Shown: positions 1-10,572 of the stretch, piece by piece
Layout: the number at the start of each line of letters is the position of its first letter
Numbering within the stretch: position 1 is the stretch's first letter
NCBI RefSeq assembly: GCF_004010195.1
Contig: NC_057749.1
Coordinates: 19,627,438-19,675,904 of the forward strand
Direction of reading: 5' to 3'
Origin: Chiloscyllium plagiosum
Taxonomy: Eukaryota
DNA length: 48,467 nucleotides
Notes under the pieces: model-generated
What the model saw: only the letters and a program-made list of their open reading frames with translations
Database searches by the model: none
Told to the model about the DNA's origin: nothing
Program-made: the position numbers and the translations under genes

Positions 1-232
1 TTGTGTTTTACACATGAAAGAAGTGAAACTATCACTGTATTCTAACAGATGAAAGGCTTAACAGACAATCAACTTTTCAATGTATAATTTCAGTTACATC
101 ACACTGCAAATTTTTGCTATAAATTCTGTGTTACAATCGAGCCCTCCACAATCACCTGATGAAGGAGCGTCGCTCCGAAAGCTAGTGTGCTTCCAGGTTG
201 GACTATAACCTGATGTTGTCTGATTTTTAACT
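1..232 (+). mobile_element. Penelope-like element terminal repeat (pLTR) fragment, tail-less, running off the window start
   Basis: Nearly identical to 6570-6810, which adjoins a GIY-YIG C-terminus. Contains a hammerhead motif at 151-190. Confidence 0.8.
151..190 (+). ncRNA. Minimal type I hammerhead ribozyme motif (PLE-associated)
   Basis: CAC-CTGATGA(156-162)-A-GGAGC-GTC-GCTCC-GAAA(177-180)-GCTA-GTG: core boxes, 5-bp helix II, palindromic AGCT helix III, CAC/GTG helix I. Confidence 0.7.
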
Positions 233-476
233 ATGTTAGTAAGAGCATGTATTAAATGATTGTTCCTGACTACAACTAGTTACTTCAGCCTGTATTCAGA
301 TTTCAGATCCTCAGTTCCAGGAGTCGCTCCGAAAGCTAGTGTGCTTCCAGGTTGGACTATAACCTGATGTTGTCTGATTTTTAACTATGTTAGTAAGAGC
401 ATGTATTAAATGATTGTTCCTGACTACAACTAGTTACTTCAGCCTGTATTCAGATTTCAGATCCTCAGTTCCAGGA
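169..476. repeat. Perfect 154-bp tandem duplication (169-322 / 323-476)
   Basis: Both copies read GTCGCTCCGAAAGCTAG...CTCAGTTCCAGGA with no differences seen. Confidence 0.95.
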
Positions 477-932
477 ATGAAACACTTCAGTTATGAGGAA
501 AGTTTGCAGAAGTTGGGACCGCTTTTCTTGGTGAGGGGAAGACTAGAGGATATTTAGTAGGAGTTTTCAAAATAATGAGGAGTCTGGACAGAGTAGGTAG
601 GGGGAAGCTGTCCCTGCCTGTAAGAGGATCAATAACGAGAAGGCGCAGTTTAAAATTGTTTTGCAAAAGAAGCAGATGCCAAGTGAGCAAACTGTATTTT
701 TTCACATGGTGAGTAGTTGAAGTTTCTGGAAAACATGACCTGGAAATGTGGTGGAGGCAGGTTTAATTGAGATAATCAAGAGGCATTTGGTGATTATTTA
801 AAAAAGACACAGTATTTAAGGTTAAGAGGAAAAGTCAGGATATTGCGACAAAGTTAAAAGGCTTAAACAACTGGTGCAGATACAATGGCTGGCATGGCTT
901 CCTTCTGCATGAAACCATTCTGTGATTTTGTG
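468..932 (+). mobile_element. CR1 LINE 3' end, degraded
   Basis: Reads as the CR1 ORF2 C-terminus (SYEESLQKLG...VGVFKIMRSLDRV) with frameshifts and ends in a TTCTGTGATTTTGTGA tail. Confidence 0.75.
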
Positions 933-1007
933 AGCTGAGCCATTATGTGTTTGTCTCTAATAGTTATTGCATTTCAAATGATTGACAGTCTGGGATATAC
1001 TTAGATA

Positions 1008-2119
1008 CAGGTAGTTCTTGTATAAAGTGTTTTGGCAGTACTATTTGGCTACAATGTCACTAAAGAATTAGGGAATGGTATTTTCAAGAACTCTTACGCC
1101 TGTTCTCAATAGCGTGATTCCAGTGGTGATCATTTTGCATGCTTCGTTCTGTGCTTGTGCTGATGTTAGCACCGACGTCTCTGCACTGTTCTGCACATGC
1201 AGCGATGTCAGGTGTCAGAGTATAAGAGAGATACAGTACAATACAATGAGCAGTTTCAAGAATGCTGTTGACATTATTGCAGAGGTCTGAGGGGATGTCA
1301 GTAAGGACTGCCTGCATTCAGTTTGGCAGCAGCTTGTCCCGGATTTTTTTCAAGATTTTAAATAATGTAAACCATCAGAAGAGCTTCCAAAAATCAAAGA
1401 GCGTTGTGTTACCCTTGTAAAACAGGTTGGCTTTGAAAAAGTGGAAAGTGAGGATATTAAAGAATTGCTTGAGTCCCACTGTGAAGACCTCTCTACAGCT
1501 GATCTACAATAGCTTATCACTGGGGGGGGTGGGCGGCGGAGTGGAAGTTGGAGATGAAGAAGGTGAAATCCAGGATGCAGCATCATGAGAGCTATCCACT
1601 TTTCTTTTGTCTTCTATCCTGAGGGAAATTGAGAGGTAGGTGCAACTCTTAGAGGACAACAGTTACAACACAGAACACAGCAGAGTAGCAGTTTGTGTAA
1701 TAACATATCATCTGGCACCCGATGTACAGCTTCTTCAAGACAGAAGAAAAAGGGCAAAGCAGCAAAACAGGATGTCTTTTTTAAACCAACCCCCAAGAAA
1801 CAGAAGACAATCAACCACAGCCACCCACTTCTGCAACCATAACTGCACCTGAAGGTGATGATGATGACCTTCTATCCCTGTATTAACAAGTTTTTTCAAT
1901 TTAATGTGGCAAATTTACTTCTGTTTCATTAACAAATATGGTTTAACCTTCATTCAGGCTGTGCTATACTTTGTGTTATGCTTTTGGGTGATTTTTGAGT
2001 GATAATGAATGAGATTTTTTGTTGGTCTGCCCCAACCTGACTTTTCCCACAGGCCCCATTAATTCTATTGAGCAAGGTTTCACTGGAACGCAACTATAGC
2101 ATTGTAGGAGAACTACGTG
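1008..2119 (+). mobile_element. Tigger/pogo-like DNA transposon, internally deleted
   Basis: Imperfect TIRs CAGGTAGTTCTTGTATAA / TTGTAGGAGAACTACGTG flanked by TA on both sides. 1249-1510 reads SFKNAVDIIAEV*GDVSKDCLHSVWQQL...GFEKVESEDIKELLESHCEDLSTADLQ, typical of Tigger transposase C-termini, with stops. Confidence 0.8.
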
Positions 2120-2824
2120 TATGTGATAATATGTAAATGCAAACTAATTAAAACTGTTCAGTATTAAAATAGCTGATCCACACTGTTCATTACAATTTCA
2201 TTCATTATATTTTCCCTGTGTGGTAGCTCCTGAACTTCTTCAGGCTTTGCAGTCCCTCTTAACTTTGCAACCTCTCACCCCTTTGGAGCCCCTCTTCCCA
2301 TCATCTGCATTGCCACTTTCCTCGCTACTTTTGCAGCTTCTCTCAACCCCTTGCAACTCCTCCTTCTGCCTGCCCCTTTCCTATACCTCACCTCCTTTCC
2401 AACCTCACATTTCCCTGAGGATGCCAACTTCACTCCATGCACCCACCAGTCCAACAGGTTCGCAACCCATCCTCTACCCCTCTTGGTTTTTGTTACTGAT
2501 ATTTCAGTCTCAGCAGCCTTGCTCATTGGAGCCACTCCATCTTCCCCATTCTGCTTCAAAGAGGCTGCGTATGTCCCATGTTTGCTCCTGATAGGTTTGT
2601 AGAGAAATTGTCAACAGCAAATGCGGGAGAGAATCATCCTTTGATGGGAGAAGCAATCCTGAGATTCTGTGTTTCTGAGATTCCAGGCGTTTTGTGTTTT
2701 TTGGTTGGTCCTCATGATTTGGGGACTTTGATGGGAGAATGTTACTAGTGAGCAACTGTTATGCTGTACAGCACAGCAATGGATCTGTAACTAACTTCCT
2801 TGTTTCAGTTCGTCTCCTCAATCA

Positions 2825-4370
2825 GCATTCCATCCACCACTCACTCTCTCCACCACCAAGGTGCAATGGCAATACTGTATGCTAAATGCAAGATGCACTG
2901 CAGTAACTCACCAAGGTTCCTTGAACAGCATTTTCCAAACCCATAATTACTACCGTGTAGAAGGATAAGGGCAGTGAATGCATGAGAACACCATCACCTG
3001 AAGGTTTTCTTCCAAGCCTAACACTGTTCTGACTGGGAACACTTACTGTTCTTTCACTGTCACTGGGTCAACACGCTAACAGCATGGGATGGGTGTAGAA
3101 CATAGAACGATACAGCACAGAACAGGCCCTTTGGCGCACAATGTTTTGCTGAACATTTGTCCTAGCTTAAGCACCAATCCATGTACCTATCCAATTGCCG
3201 GTTAAAGGTCGCCAATGATTCTGACTCTGCCACTCCCACAGGCAGCGCATTCCATGCCCCCACCACTCTCTGGGTAAAGAACCTACCCCTGACATCCCCC
3301 CTATACCTTCCACCCTTCACCTTAAATTTATGTCCCCTTGTAACACTCTGTTGTACCCGGGGAAAAAGTTTCTGACTGTCTACTCTATCTATGCCTCTGA
3401 TCATCTTATAAACCTCTACCAAGNNNNNNNNNNNNNNNNNNNNNNNNNNNNNNNNNNNNNNNNNNNNNNNNNNNNNNNNNNNNNNNNNNNNNNNNNNNNN
3501 NNNNNNNNNNNNNNNNNNNNNNNNNNNNNNNNNNNNNNNNNNNNNNNNNNNNNNNNNNNNNNNNNNNNNNNNNNNNNNNNNNNNNNNNNNNNNNNNNNNN
3601 NNNNNNNNNNNNNNNNNNNNNNNNNNNNNNNNNNNNNNNNNNNNNNNNNNNNNNNNNNNNNNNNNNNNNNNNNNNNNNNNNNNNNNNNNNNNNNNNNNNN
3701 NNNNNNNNNNNNNNNNNNNNNNNNNNNNNNNNNNNNNNNNNNNNNNNNNNNNNNNNNNNNNNNNNNNNNNNNNNNNNNNNNNNNNNNNNNNNNNNNNNNN
3801 NNNNNNNNNNNNNNNNNNNNNNNNNNNNNNNNNNNNNNNNNNNNNNNNNNNNNNNNNNNNNNNNNNNNNNNNNNNNNNNNNNNNNNNTGCCTTCTGACTT
3901 TCCGCATAAGCCTACCATGGGGAACCTTATGAAATGCCTTACTAAAATCCATGTATACTACATCCACTGCTCTACCCTCATCCACATACTTGGTCACCTC
4001 CTCAAACAATTCAATATGACTTGTAAGGCAAGACCTACCCTTCACAAATCCGTGCTGGCTGTCCCTAATCAAGCAGTGCCTTTCCAGATACTCACAAATC
4101 CTATCCCTCAGTACCCTTTCCATTACTTTGCCTACCACCGAAGTAAGACTAACTGGCCTGTAATTCCCGGGGTTATCCCTATTCCCTTTTTTGAACAGGG
4201 GCACAACATTCGCCACTCTCCAGTCCCCTGGTACCACCCCCGTTGACAGTGTATCTATATCATGGACTGCAGCAGTTCAAGAAGTTGGCTCACCACCAAC
4301 TTCTTACGGTCAATTAGGAAAGAGCAACAAATGCTGACTTAGCTAGCGAAGCACATCCTGTGAAAGAATT
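2825..4370 (+). mobile_element. L2/Crack-like LINE 3' end (2825-3097 and 4249-4370) split by a CR1 insertion
   Basis: Decayed HSLHH...KMHCSNSPRFLEQHFPNP...GLQQFKKLAHHQLL C-terminus. A similar copy lies at 19830-20140. Confidence 0.6.
3098..4248 (-). mobile_element. Young 5'-truncated CR1 LINE (ORF2 RT and C-terminus, gapped)
   Basis: Open frames VPGDWRVANVVPLFKKG...YRPVSLTS...QHGFVKGRSC...YMDFSKAFHKVPH and EVYKMIRGIDRV...TRGHKFK...WNALP. GTTCTATGTTC tail. Possible GTGTA duplication at 3093-3097 / 4249-4253. Confidence 0.95.
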
Positions 4371-4561
4371 TTAAACAATATTAGTGGCAGTGGTCCTCAT
4401 CTATCTCTTCACATTACATAATAGCTTACTTAACCTGTTACATATAAAGATTGCTCTTGGAAGCTTTCCTTACCGATTGAAGTACTCTGTTTTCATGGAT
4501 CTGTGCAAATAACCTTGTGGTTATTGTAAGTCTCTTATCTGACACAGTTCCACTCTCTAGT

Positions 4562-4768
4562 TAAAAATCACACAACACCAGGTTATAGTCCAACAGGTTT
4601 AATTGGAAGCACACTAGATTTCGGAGCGACGCTCCTTCATCAGGTGATTGTGCAGCGTCGCTCCGAAAGCAAGTGTGCTTCCAATTAAACCTGTTGGACT
4701 ATAACCTGGTGTTGTGTGATTTTTAACTTTGTACACCCCAGTCCAACACCGGCATCTCCAAATCATGA
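4562..4768. mobile_element. Non-coding fold-back PLE mini-insert with 12-bp TSD
   Basis: Two inverted pLTR ends, the right one extended by a ~40-nt tail. TSD CCACTCTCTAGT at 4550-4561 and 4769-4780. Minus-strand hammerhead motif at 4611-4650. Confidence 0.9.
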
Positions 4769-5244
4769 CCACTCTCTAGTGGTTGTCACATGGCACTGCA
4801 CAACTTACACCGACATGAGAGGATTCTGTGGGGTGATTTGAGGCTGAGCAAAGGATATTCTCCTTCATGCGCCAACTGATAATTCTCCCTCAAGCAATAA
4901 TCCAGTCATTTCTGTTTCTGAGATTATGCATTTATTTGCCCTATCCTGTTTCCTACCGGAATACAGTGATGACCCTTTGAAAACCGTGAGAATGTTGATA
5001 TGCACAATTTGCTTGGTTCCTGAGCTTTTGTGATATGAATCACTGCAATTCAAGCTAAACCGTATCCTGAGACGATGAAAGTGTGCCATAATATTGGGTT
5101 AAATTACCAGTAAATTTAAAGCTTACATTGTGAGTTACCAAGCTGTAAACCAGGGCTGATTGAGCTGCCAATAGTATCGCTAGCCTTCAACATGCCTTCA
5201 ATTATTTTGTTGCAAAGCTGAAACCAAAATGTCTACTGTTTAAT

Positions 5245-6850
5245 GTTAAAAATCACACAACACCAGGTTATAGTCCAACAGGTTTAATTGGAAGCACACT
5301 AGCTTTTGGAGCGACGCTACTTCATCAGGTGATTGTGGAGGGCTCAATCGTAACACAGAATTTATAGCAAAAATTTGCAGTGTGATGTAACTGAANNNNN
5401 NNNNNNNNNNNNNNNNNNNNNNNNNNNNNNNNNNNNNNNNNNNNNNNNNNNNNNNNNNNNNNNNNNNNNNNNNNNNNNNNNNNNNNNNNNNNNNNNNNNN
5501 NNNNNNNNNNNNNNNNNNNNNNNNNNNNNNNNNNNNNNNNNNNNNNNNNNNNNNNNNNNNNNNNNNNNNNNNNNNNNNNNNNNNNNNNNNNNNNNNNNNN
5601 NNNNNNNNNNNNNNNNNNNNNNNNNNNNNNNNNNNNNNNNNNNNNNNNNNNNNNNNNNNNNNNNNNNNNNNNNNNNNNNNNNNNNNNNNNNNNNNNNNNN
5701 NNNNNNNNNNNNNNNNNNNNNNNNNNNNNNNNNNNNNNNNNNNNNNNNNNNNNNNNNNNNNNNNNNNNNNNNNNNNNNNNNNNNNNNNNNNNNNNNNNNN
5801 NNNNNNNNNNNNNNNNNNNNNNNNNNNNNNNNNNNNNNNNNNNNNNNNNNNNNNNNNNNNNNNNNNNNNNNNNNNNNNNNNNNNNNNNNNNNNNNNNNNN
5901 NNNNNNNNNNNNNNNNNNNNNNNNNNNNNNNNNNNNNNNNNNNNNNNNNNNNNNNNNNNNNNNNNNNNNNNNNNNNNNNNNNNNNNNNNNNNNNNNNNNN
6001 NNNNNNNNNNNNNNNNNNNNNNNNNNNNNNNNNNNNNNNNNNNNNNNNNNNNNNNNNNNNNNNNNNNNNNNNNNNNNNNNNNNNNNNNNNNNNNNNNNNN
6101 NNNNNNNNNNNNNNNNNNNNNNNNNNNNNNNNNNNNNNNNNNNNNNNNNNNNNNNNNNNNNNNNNNNNNNNNNNNNNNNNNNNNNNNNNNNNNNNNNNNN
6201 NNNNNNNNNNNNNNNNNNNNNNNNNNNNNNNNNNNNNNNNNNNNNNNNNNNNNNNNNNNNNNNNNNNNNNNNNNNNNNNNNNNNNNNNNNNNNNNNNNNN
6301 NNNNNNNNNNNNNNNNNNNNNNNNNNNNNNNNNNNNNNNNNNNNNNNNNNNNNNNNNNNNNNNNNNNNNNNNTAATGTGACATGAACCCAAGGTCCCGGT
6401 TGAGGCCCTCCCTATGGGTACCGAACTCTGTTATCTCACTTTTTAGATTAGAATCAATCTAAACATCAGGTCATAGACAGAGAACACAGGGTGCTAACAC
6501 CTTCAACATATTGTCTAGCTATCACCATTGTTCACAGCTAACCCGAGAATGCAACTTTAAAAAAAATGTTTTGTGATTTACACATGAAAGAAGTGAAACT
6601 ATCACTGTATTCTAACAGATGAAAGGCTTAACAGACAATCAATTTTTCAATGTATAATTTCAGTTACATCACACTGCAAATTGTTGCTATAAATTCTGTG
6701 TTACGATCGAGCCTCCACTATCACCTGATGAAGGAGCGTCGCTCCGAAAGCTAGTGTGCTTCCAATTAAACCTGTTGGACTTTAACCTGGTGTTATGTGA
6801 TTTTTAACTTTGTACACCCCAGTCCAACACCAGTATCTCCAAATCATGAC
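5245..6850. mobile_element. PLE insertion with inverted terminal repeats (gapped)
   Basis: Minus-strand pLTR from 5245. Minus-strand FGTHREGLNRDLGFMSH (GIY-YIG C-terminus) at 6374-6426. Plus-strand pLTR with tail at 6427-6850. Near-TSD ACTGT(T)TAATGT at 5235-5246 / 6849-6859. Confidence 0.85.
6720..6758 (+). ncRNA. Minimal type I hammerhead ribozyme motif
   Basis: CAC-CTGATGA(6725-6731)-A-GGAGCGTCGCTCC-GAAA(6746-6749)-GCTA-GTG, core intact. Confidence 0.7.
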
Positions 6851-7974
6851 TGTTAATGTGATTCTGTGACTGGATAATAATTCCTGAACACTCCTGTGTA
6901 TGCTAATATCTACATTAAATAACAATTTAAGATAATCAGACAAGCTTGCTGGAAGCAATATACATTCTTAAACAGAGACCTGCTCTCTGCAAACAAAAAA
7001 AAAGGAATATGGTCCAGTCTTTGAATGTAAAACTTGGGTGGTGGGGGTGGGGGTGCTATAGTTCCTAGTTGTTTTCATCATGGTAATGCCTCATGCCAAT
7101 CAAGGTCAACTTGCCAACCATTCAACACCTTTTTGTCCAGTAGTATGAATATATGTACTCATTTAAAATTTGGCATTCTTGTATTTGTCCTGATGAATGC
7201 AAAATGAAAGCTTCTGCTCTTTTTTAGTAATATTCAGTAATCCTGCATATGTGTGTGTACATGCACACGCGCGCGTCCACATCAGTCCTTCATATCTATA
7301 CCTGCATAAGTCTGAACTAACTTGCATGTGTGGATGATGTTGCTTTTCTTTTCCTGTGCTACTGTGTGATAGAGTGCCCTGAGGAGCTGGTAGTGTACTG
7401 GTAATGTAGAGTGTGTGTATGCTTCTCAAATACCTGTTTTTGACAACACTATACTGCAGGAGGTTTCACTGGGGTGTGGTCCCTTTGGCTGCTGCCTCTG
7501 TAACTTGCTGGGTTTGGCCAGCTCTCTGGGTAACTGCTGGAGCTCAGTGCTTGGATCTCCATTGAGGAGAATTTGAAGTGCCTTATTGGTCCATACTGAA
7601 AGTTGCTGACATGTTAAAAAACATTAACAGAAGAGTTCACAGCACTTGTGTCCATCAAGGAGGTACAGCTCTCACAATGAGCTTCCAGAGCTTGCAGATG
7701 GAGAAGGAGTCACTCTGTATCTCTAAGCTTCTCCACTTCTTTCCAGCCTTTGTGATTTTAGTTGTTTTTTCCTTCAACCTTCTTAGTAAAATGCAGGCTT
7801 CAGTGGTGGACCTAACTACCTCAGCTTCCATACCAGTATCTTCCCAACTTGCATTTATATCGCGCATTTTTAATGGGATGTGGGCATTGTTGGGAAGGAC
7901 AGAATTTGTTGCCCATCCCTAATTGTCATTGAACTGATTGGCTTCATTTCAGTGGGTAATTAAGAGGGTCTGAG

Positions 7975-8200
7975 GAGTGAATATTAAACAGGACTTATTG
8001 CAAGGGGACATGAGCAGAGCACTTTCAATTATTTCAAGATAATAGAAGGTGCAAATTGAATATTTGGCCAGGAGCTGGTTGAAATACGTATTGCTAGAGA
8101 TGACTAAAGCACAAATGAGAATTTGTATGGCTGATGAGCTGAGGCAAGGGAAGAGACTGAATGTTTTGGAAATGAAAGTAACAGATCCACATTGCTGAGG
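7975..8200 (-). mobile_element. L2 LINE ORF2 C-terminal fragment
   Basis: SAIQILICALVISSNTYFNQLLA...LEIIESA resembles the L2 LIHAFVTSRLDYSNALLAG...LQLIQN motif. A second copy lies at 9480-9850. Confidence 0.6.
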
Positions 8201-8544
8201 GTCTGGAGGCACATGTTGGCCAGATTAGTGAAAGCGCTATGGTGAATTTAAACCCATGTCCTTTGTATTACTGACTAAGTAACATTGCCCCTACACCACC
8301 TTCTCTACAGGATGTTTACAACTAACCAAGAGTTCTTGGAATGTAGTCACTTTTGTGAGGATAACAAAAGTAAGTCAGTGGGAGAAAAATATCTACCTTA
8401 TCTATTTTTCATGTTAGTTGAGAGATAAAAACATACTAGCCACTCTAACTTCCCTGTTCTTCTTCAAAGTAATTCCATAGGATTATTAATATGCACCTCA
8501 GAGACCATGTGGGGCATCAGTATAGCACTCCACAGACAACTTGA

Positions 8545-8860
8545 CATTTACACTTTACCTTTAACACAGTGAAATCTTCCCAGACCCTTCACAGGAGTGT
8601 TATCAAGCAAAATTTGACATCAAGCTATATTCCAGGACTGTTGTCAAAAACCTCTTCCAAGTTAGGTTTTAAAGACCATCTTAGAGGAGACAGAAGTAGA
8701 GAAGATTAAGGATATTTTAAGGAAATTTCAGAGCTCAGGCTCCAGACAGATGAAGACATGGCTGCCATTGGTGGAGCAATTGAAATTGTAGATCCTCAGC
8801 AGGCCAGAATTGAAGGATCATATCTCAGAGGTGAGAGGTTAGAGGAGTTTACAGGAATAA
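8545..8860 (-). mobile_element. L2 LINE 3' end, degraded
   Basis: Resembles the reverse complement of the L2 3' end at 26870-27122. Confidence 0.5.
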
Positions 8861-9025
8861 CTTCTTTGGAACTAGTCATACTGGACTTGAAATATTAATT
8901 CTTTTTCTTTTTGAATATTTAATTTGATTTGATTAAAGGACAGAAGTACAGTGAAAAGTGTACAATGTTGCCACACACAGCGCCATCTTGGGTACAAATT
9001 ACCTAGGTACAAAACTTGCATACAA

Positions 9026-9230
9026 GCCCAAAGATGTGCAAGATAGGTGGATTTGCCATGGTAAGTTGTCCATAGTGTTCAGGGATGTGTTGGTGAGGTG
9101 CATTAGCCATAGGAAAATAAAGGGTTGTAGGAATAGGGTAGAGTTATGGGTCTGAGTGTGATACTCTTCGGAGGGTTGGTGTGGACTTCTGGGGGCGATT
9201 GGCTTGTTTCCACACATAGGGATTCTATGT
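9026..9230 (+). mobile_element. HE1/V-SINE 3' half
   Basis: CCCAAAGATGTGCAAGATAGGTGGATTTGCCATG...GTTTCCACACATAGGGATTCTATG, homologous to the full copy at 23691-24032. Confidence 0.8.
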
Positions 9231-9479
9231 TAAGTAGTAACGTAGGGAAACAAAGTTTAAAAGTTAAGAACATTGCTAATGCTTAAATATAAACAGGAAA
9301 ATAAAGAAATAAAGTTAAAAGTTTATATTACACTCCTTCCTAGTATTAAGTGGGAAAATAAAGAAATTTAAAAAAAGGAAACTTGGTGATTTGCTTTCGC
9401 ATTGTCTCTGCTTCAGATTTTCAGTATCCACAATATTGAGCTCTTATTTGAGAATTTTAAAACTTGAGTATTATCACTT

Positions 9480-9850
9480 TGGGAGTCAGTGTTGGTTAGT
9501 GATCACAGAGGTGAATATTAAACAGGATTTGGCGCAAGAGGACATGGGCAGGAGGGTTTTCAATTAGTTCAAGATAATGGAAGCATAAATTGAGCATTTG
9601 GCCTGAAGCAGTTTGAAATAAGTATTTTTAGAGATGACGAAAGCAGGAATGTGAGAGGCAAGAGCAGAGATGGAATGTTTTGGAAGTGGAAGTAAGCAAG
9701 CAAGTTTAGCTGTGATGAAGGTTTTGGAACAGAATTTCAGTTTAGGATCAAATGGAATGACAAAATTGGGAGCAGTCTGGATTGGCCTCAATGGCTTGGT
9801 AGGGTGATCAAGGGTAGCAGGAGAGTATTGGTTTGTGGGTTATAGGAAAC
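9480..9850 (-). mobile_element. L2 LINE ORF2 fragment
   Basis: NFVIPFDPKLKF...HIPAFVISKNTYFKLL. Shares GTGAATATTAAACAGGA with the copy at 7977. Confidence 0.6.
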
Positions 9851-9879
9851 TTGTTGTAAATCTTTTCTGAAGCCTTTCA

Positions 9880-10335
9880 AGTTTAACAAGGATGTTGCCA
9901 GAATTGGAGGTTTTGAGCTATAGGACAGGCTGAATAGGCTGTGGGTTATTTTCCCTCCTGGAGTGTGAGGGGTGACCTTATAGAGGTTTATAAAGTCAGG
10001 AGGGGCATGGGTTGGGTGAATAGCCAAGGTCTTTTTTCCCAGGGTAGGGGAGTCTAAAACTAGATGGCATAGGTTTAAGGTGAGATGGGAAAGATTTAAA
10101 AGTCACCTGAGGGGCAGTATTTTCACATTACAGGGTGGTACGTGTATGGCATGAGCTGTCAGAAGAGGGGATGGAGGCAGATACAATTACGACATTTAAA
10201 AAGCATCTGGATGGGTACTTGAACAGGAAAGATTTAGAGGGATATAGGCCGAATGCTGATAAAAGGGACTACATCTGTTTAGGATATCTGGCATGGACAA
10301 GTTGGACTGTTTCTGTGTTGTATAACCCTAAGGTT
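9880..10335 (+). mobile_element. CR1 LINE 3' end
   Basis: RMLPELE...GDLIEVYK...VVRVWHELSEEGMEADTITTFKKHLDGY. Confidence 0.9.
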
Positions 10336-10572
10336 TTAGGACTGTATAATTCACTAGCACTGGAAGGTTTGAGAGGGTTGGTGGTGAGCTAGGGGTCGGT
10401 ATTGTCATCATGGAGCCTGATATTTTGTTTGAATAATGCTTTTATGGGGCTGCCTGTTAATTGAACCCAAGCAATTTACAACACAGAAGCATGCAGAATG
10501 TAAATACATAATTTGGTCCATTAATCTACTGTTTCACTTTTTACCCATAATCCTGTTCGTTCTTCACTCTGC

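Noticed and set aside
2220..2755. Overlapping 81-123 aa ORFs
   Set aside because: They are pyrimidine-skewed, with no recognisable domain and no convincing splice sites.
3330..6391. Long ORFs of 170-381 aa in the ORF track
   Set aside because: They are mostly X translated from N gaps. The real parts are CR1 or PLE sequence.
7578..7922. 114-aa ORF
   Set aside because: No recognisable motif, a non-ATG start, and its 3' end runs into a SINE tail.
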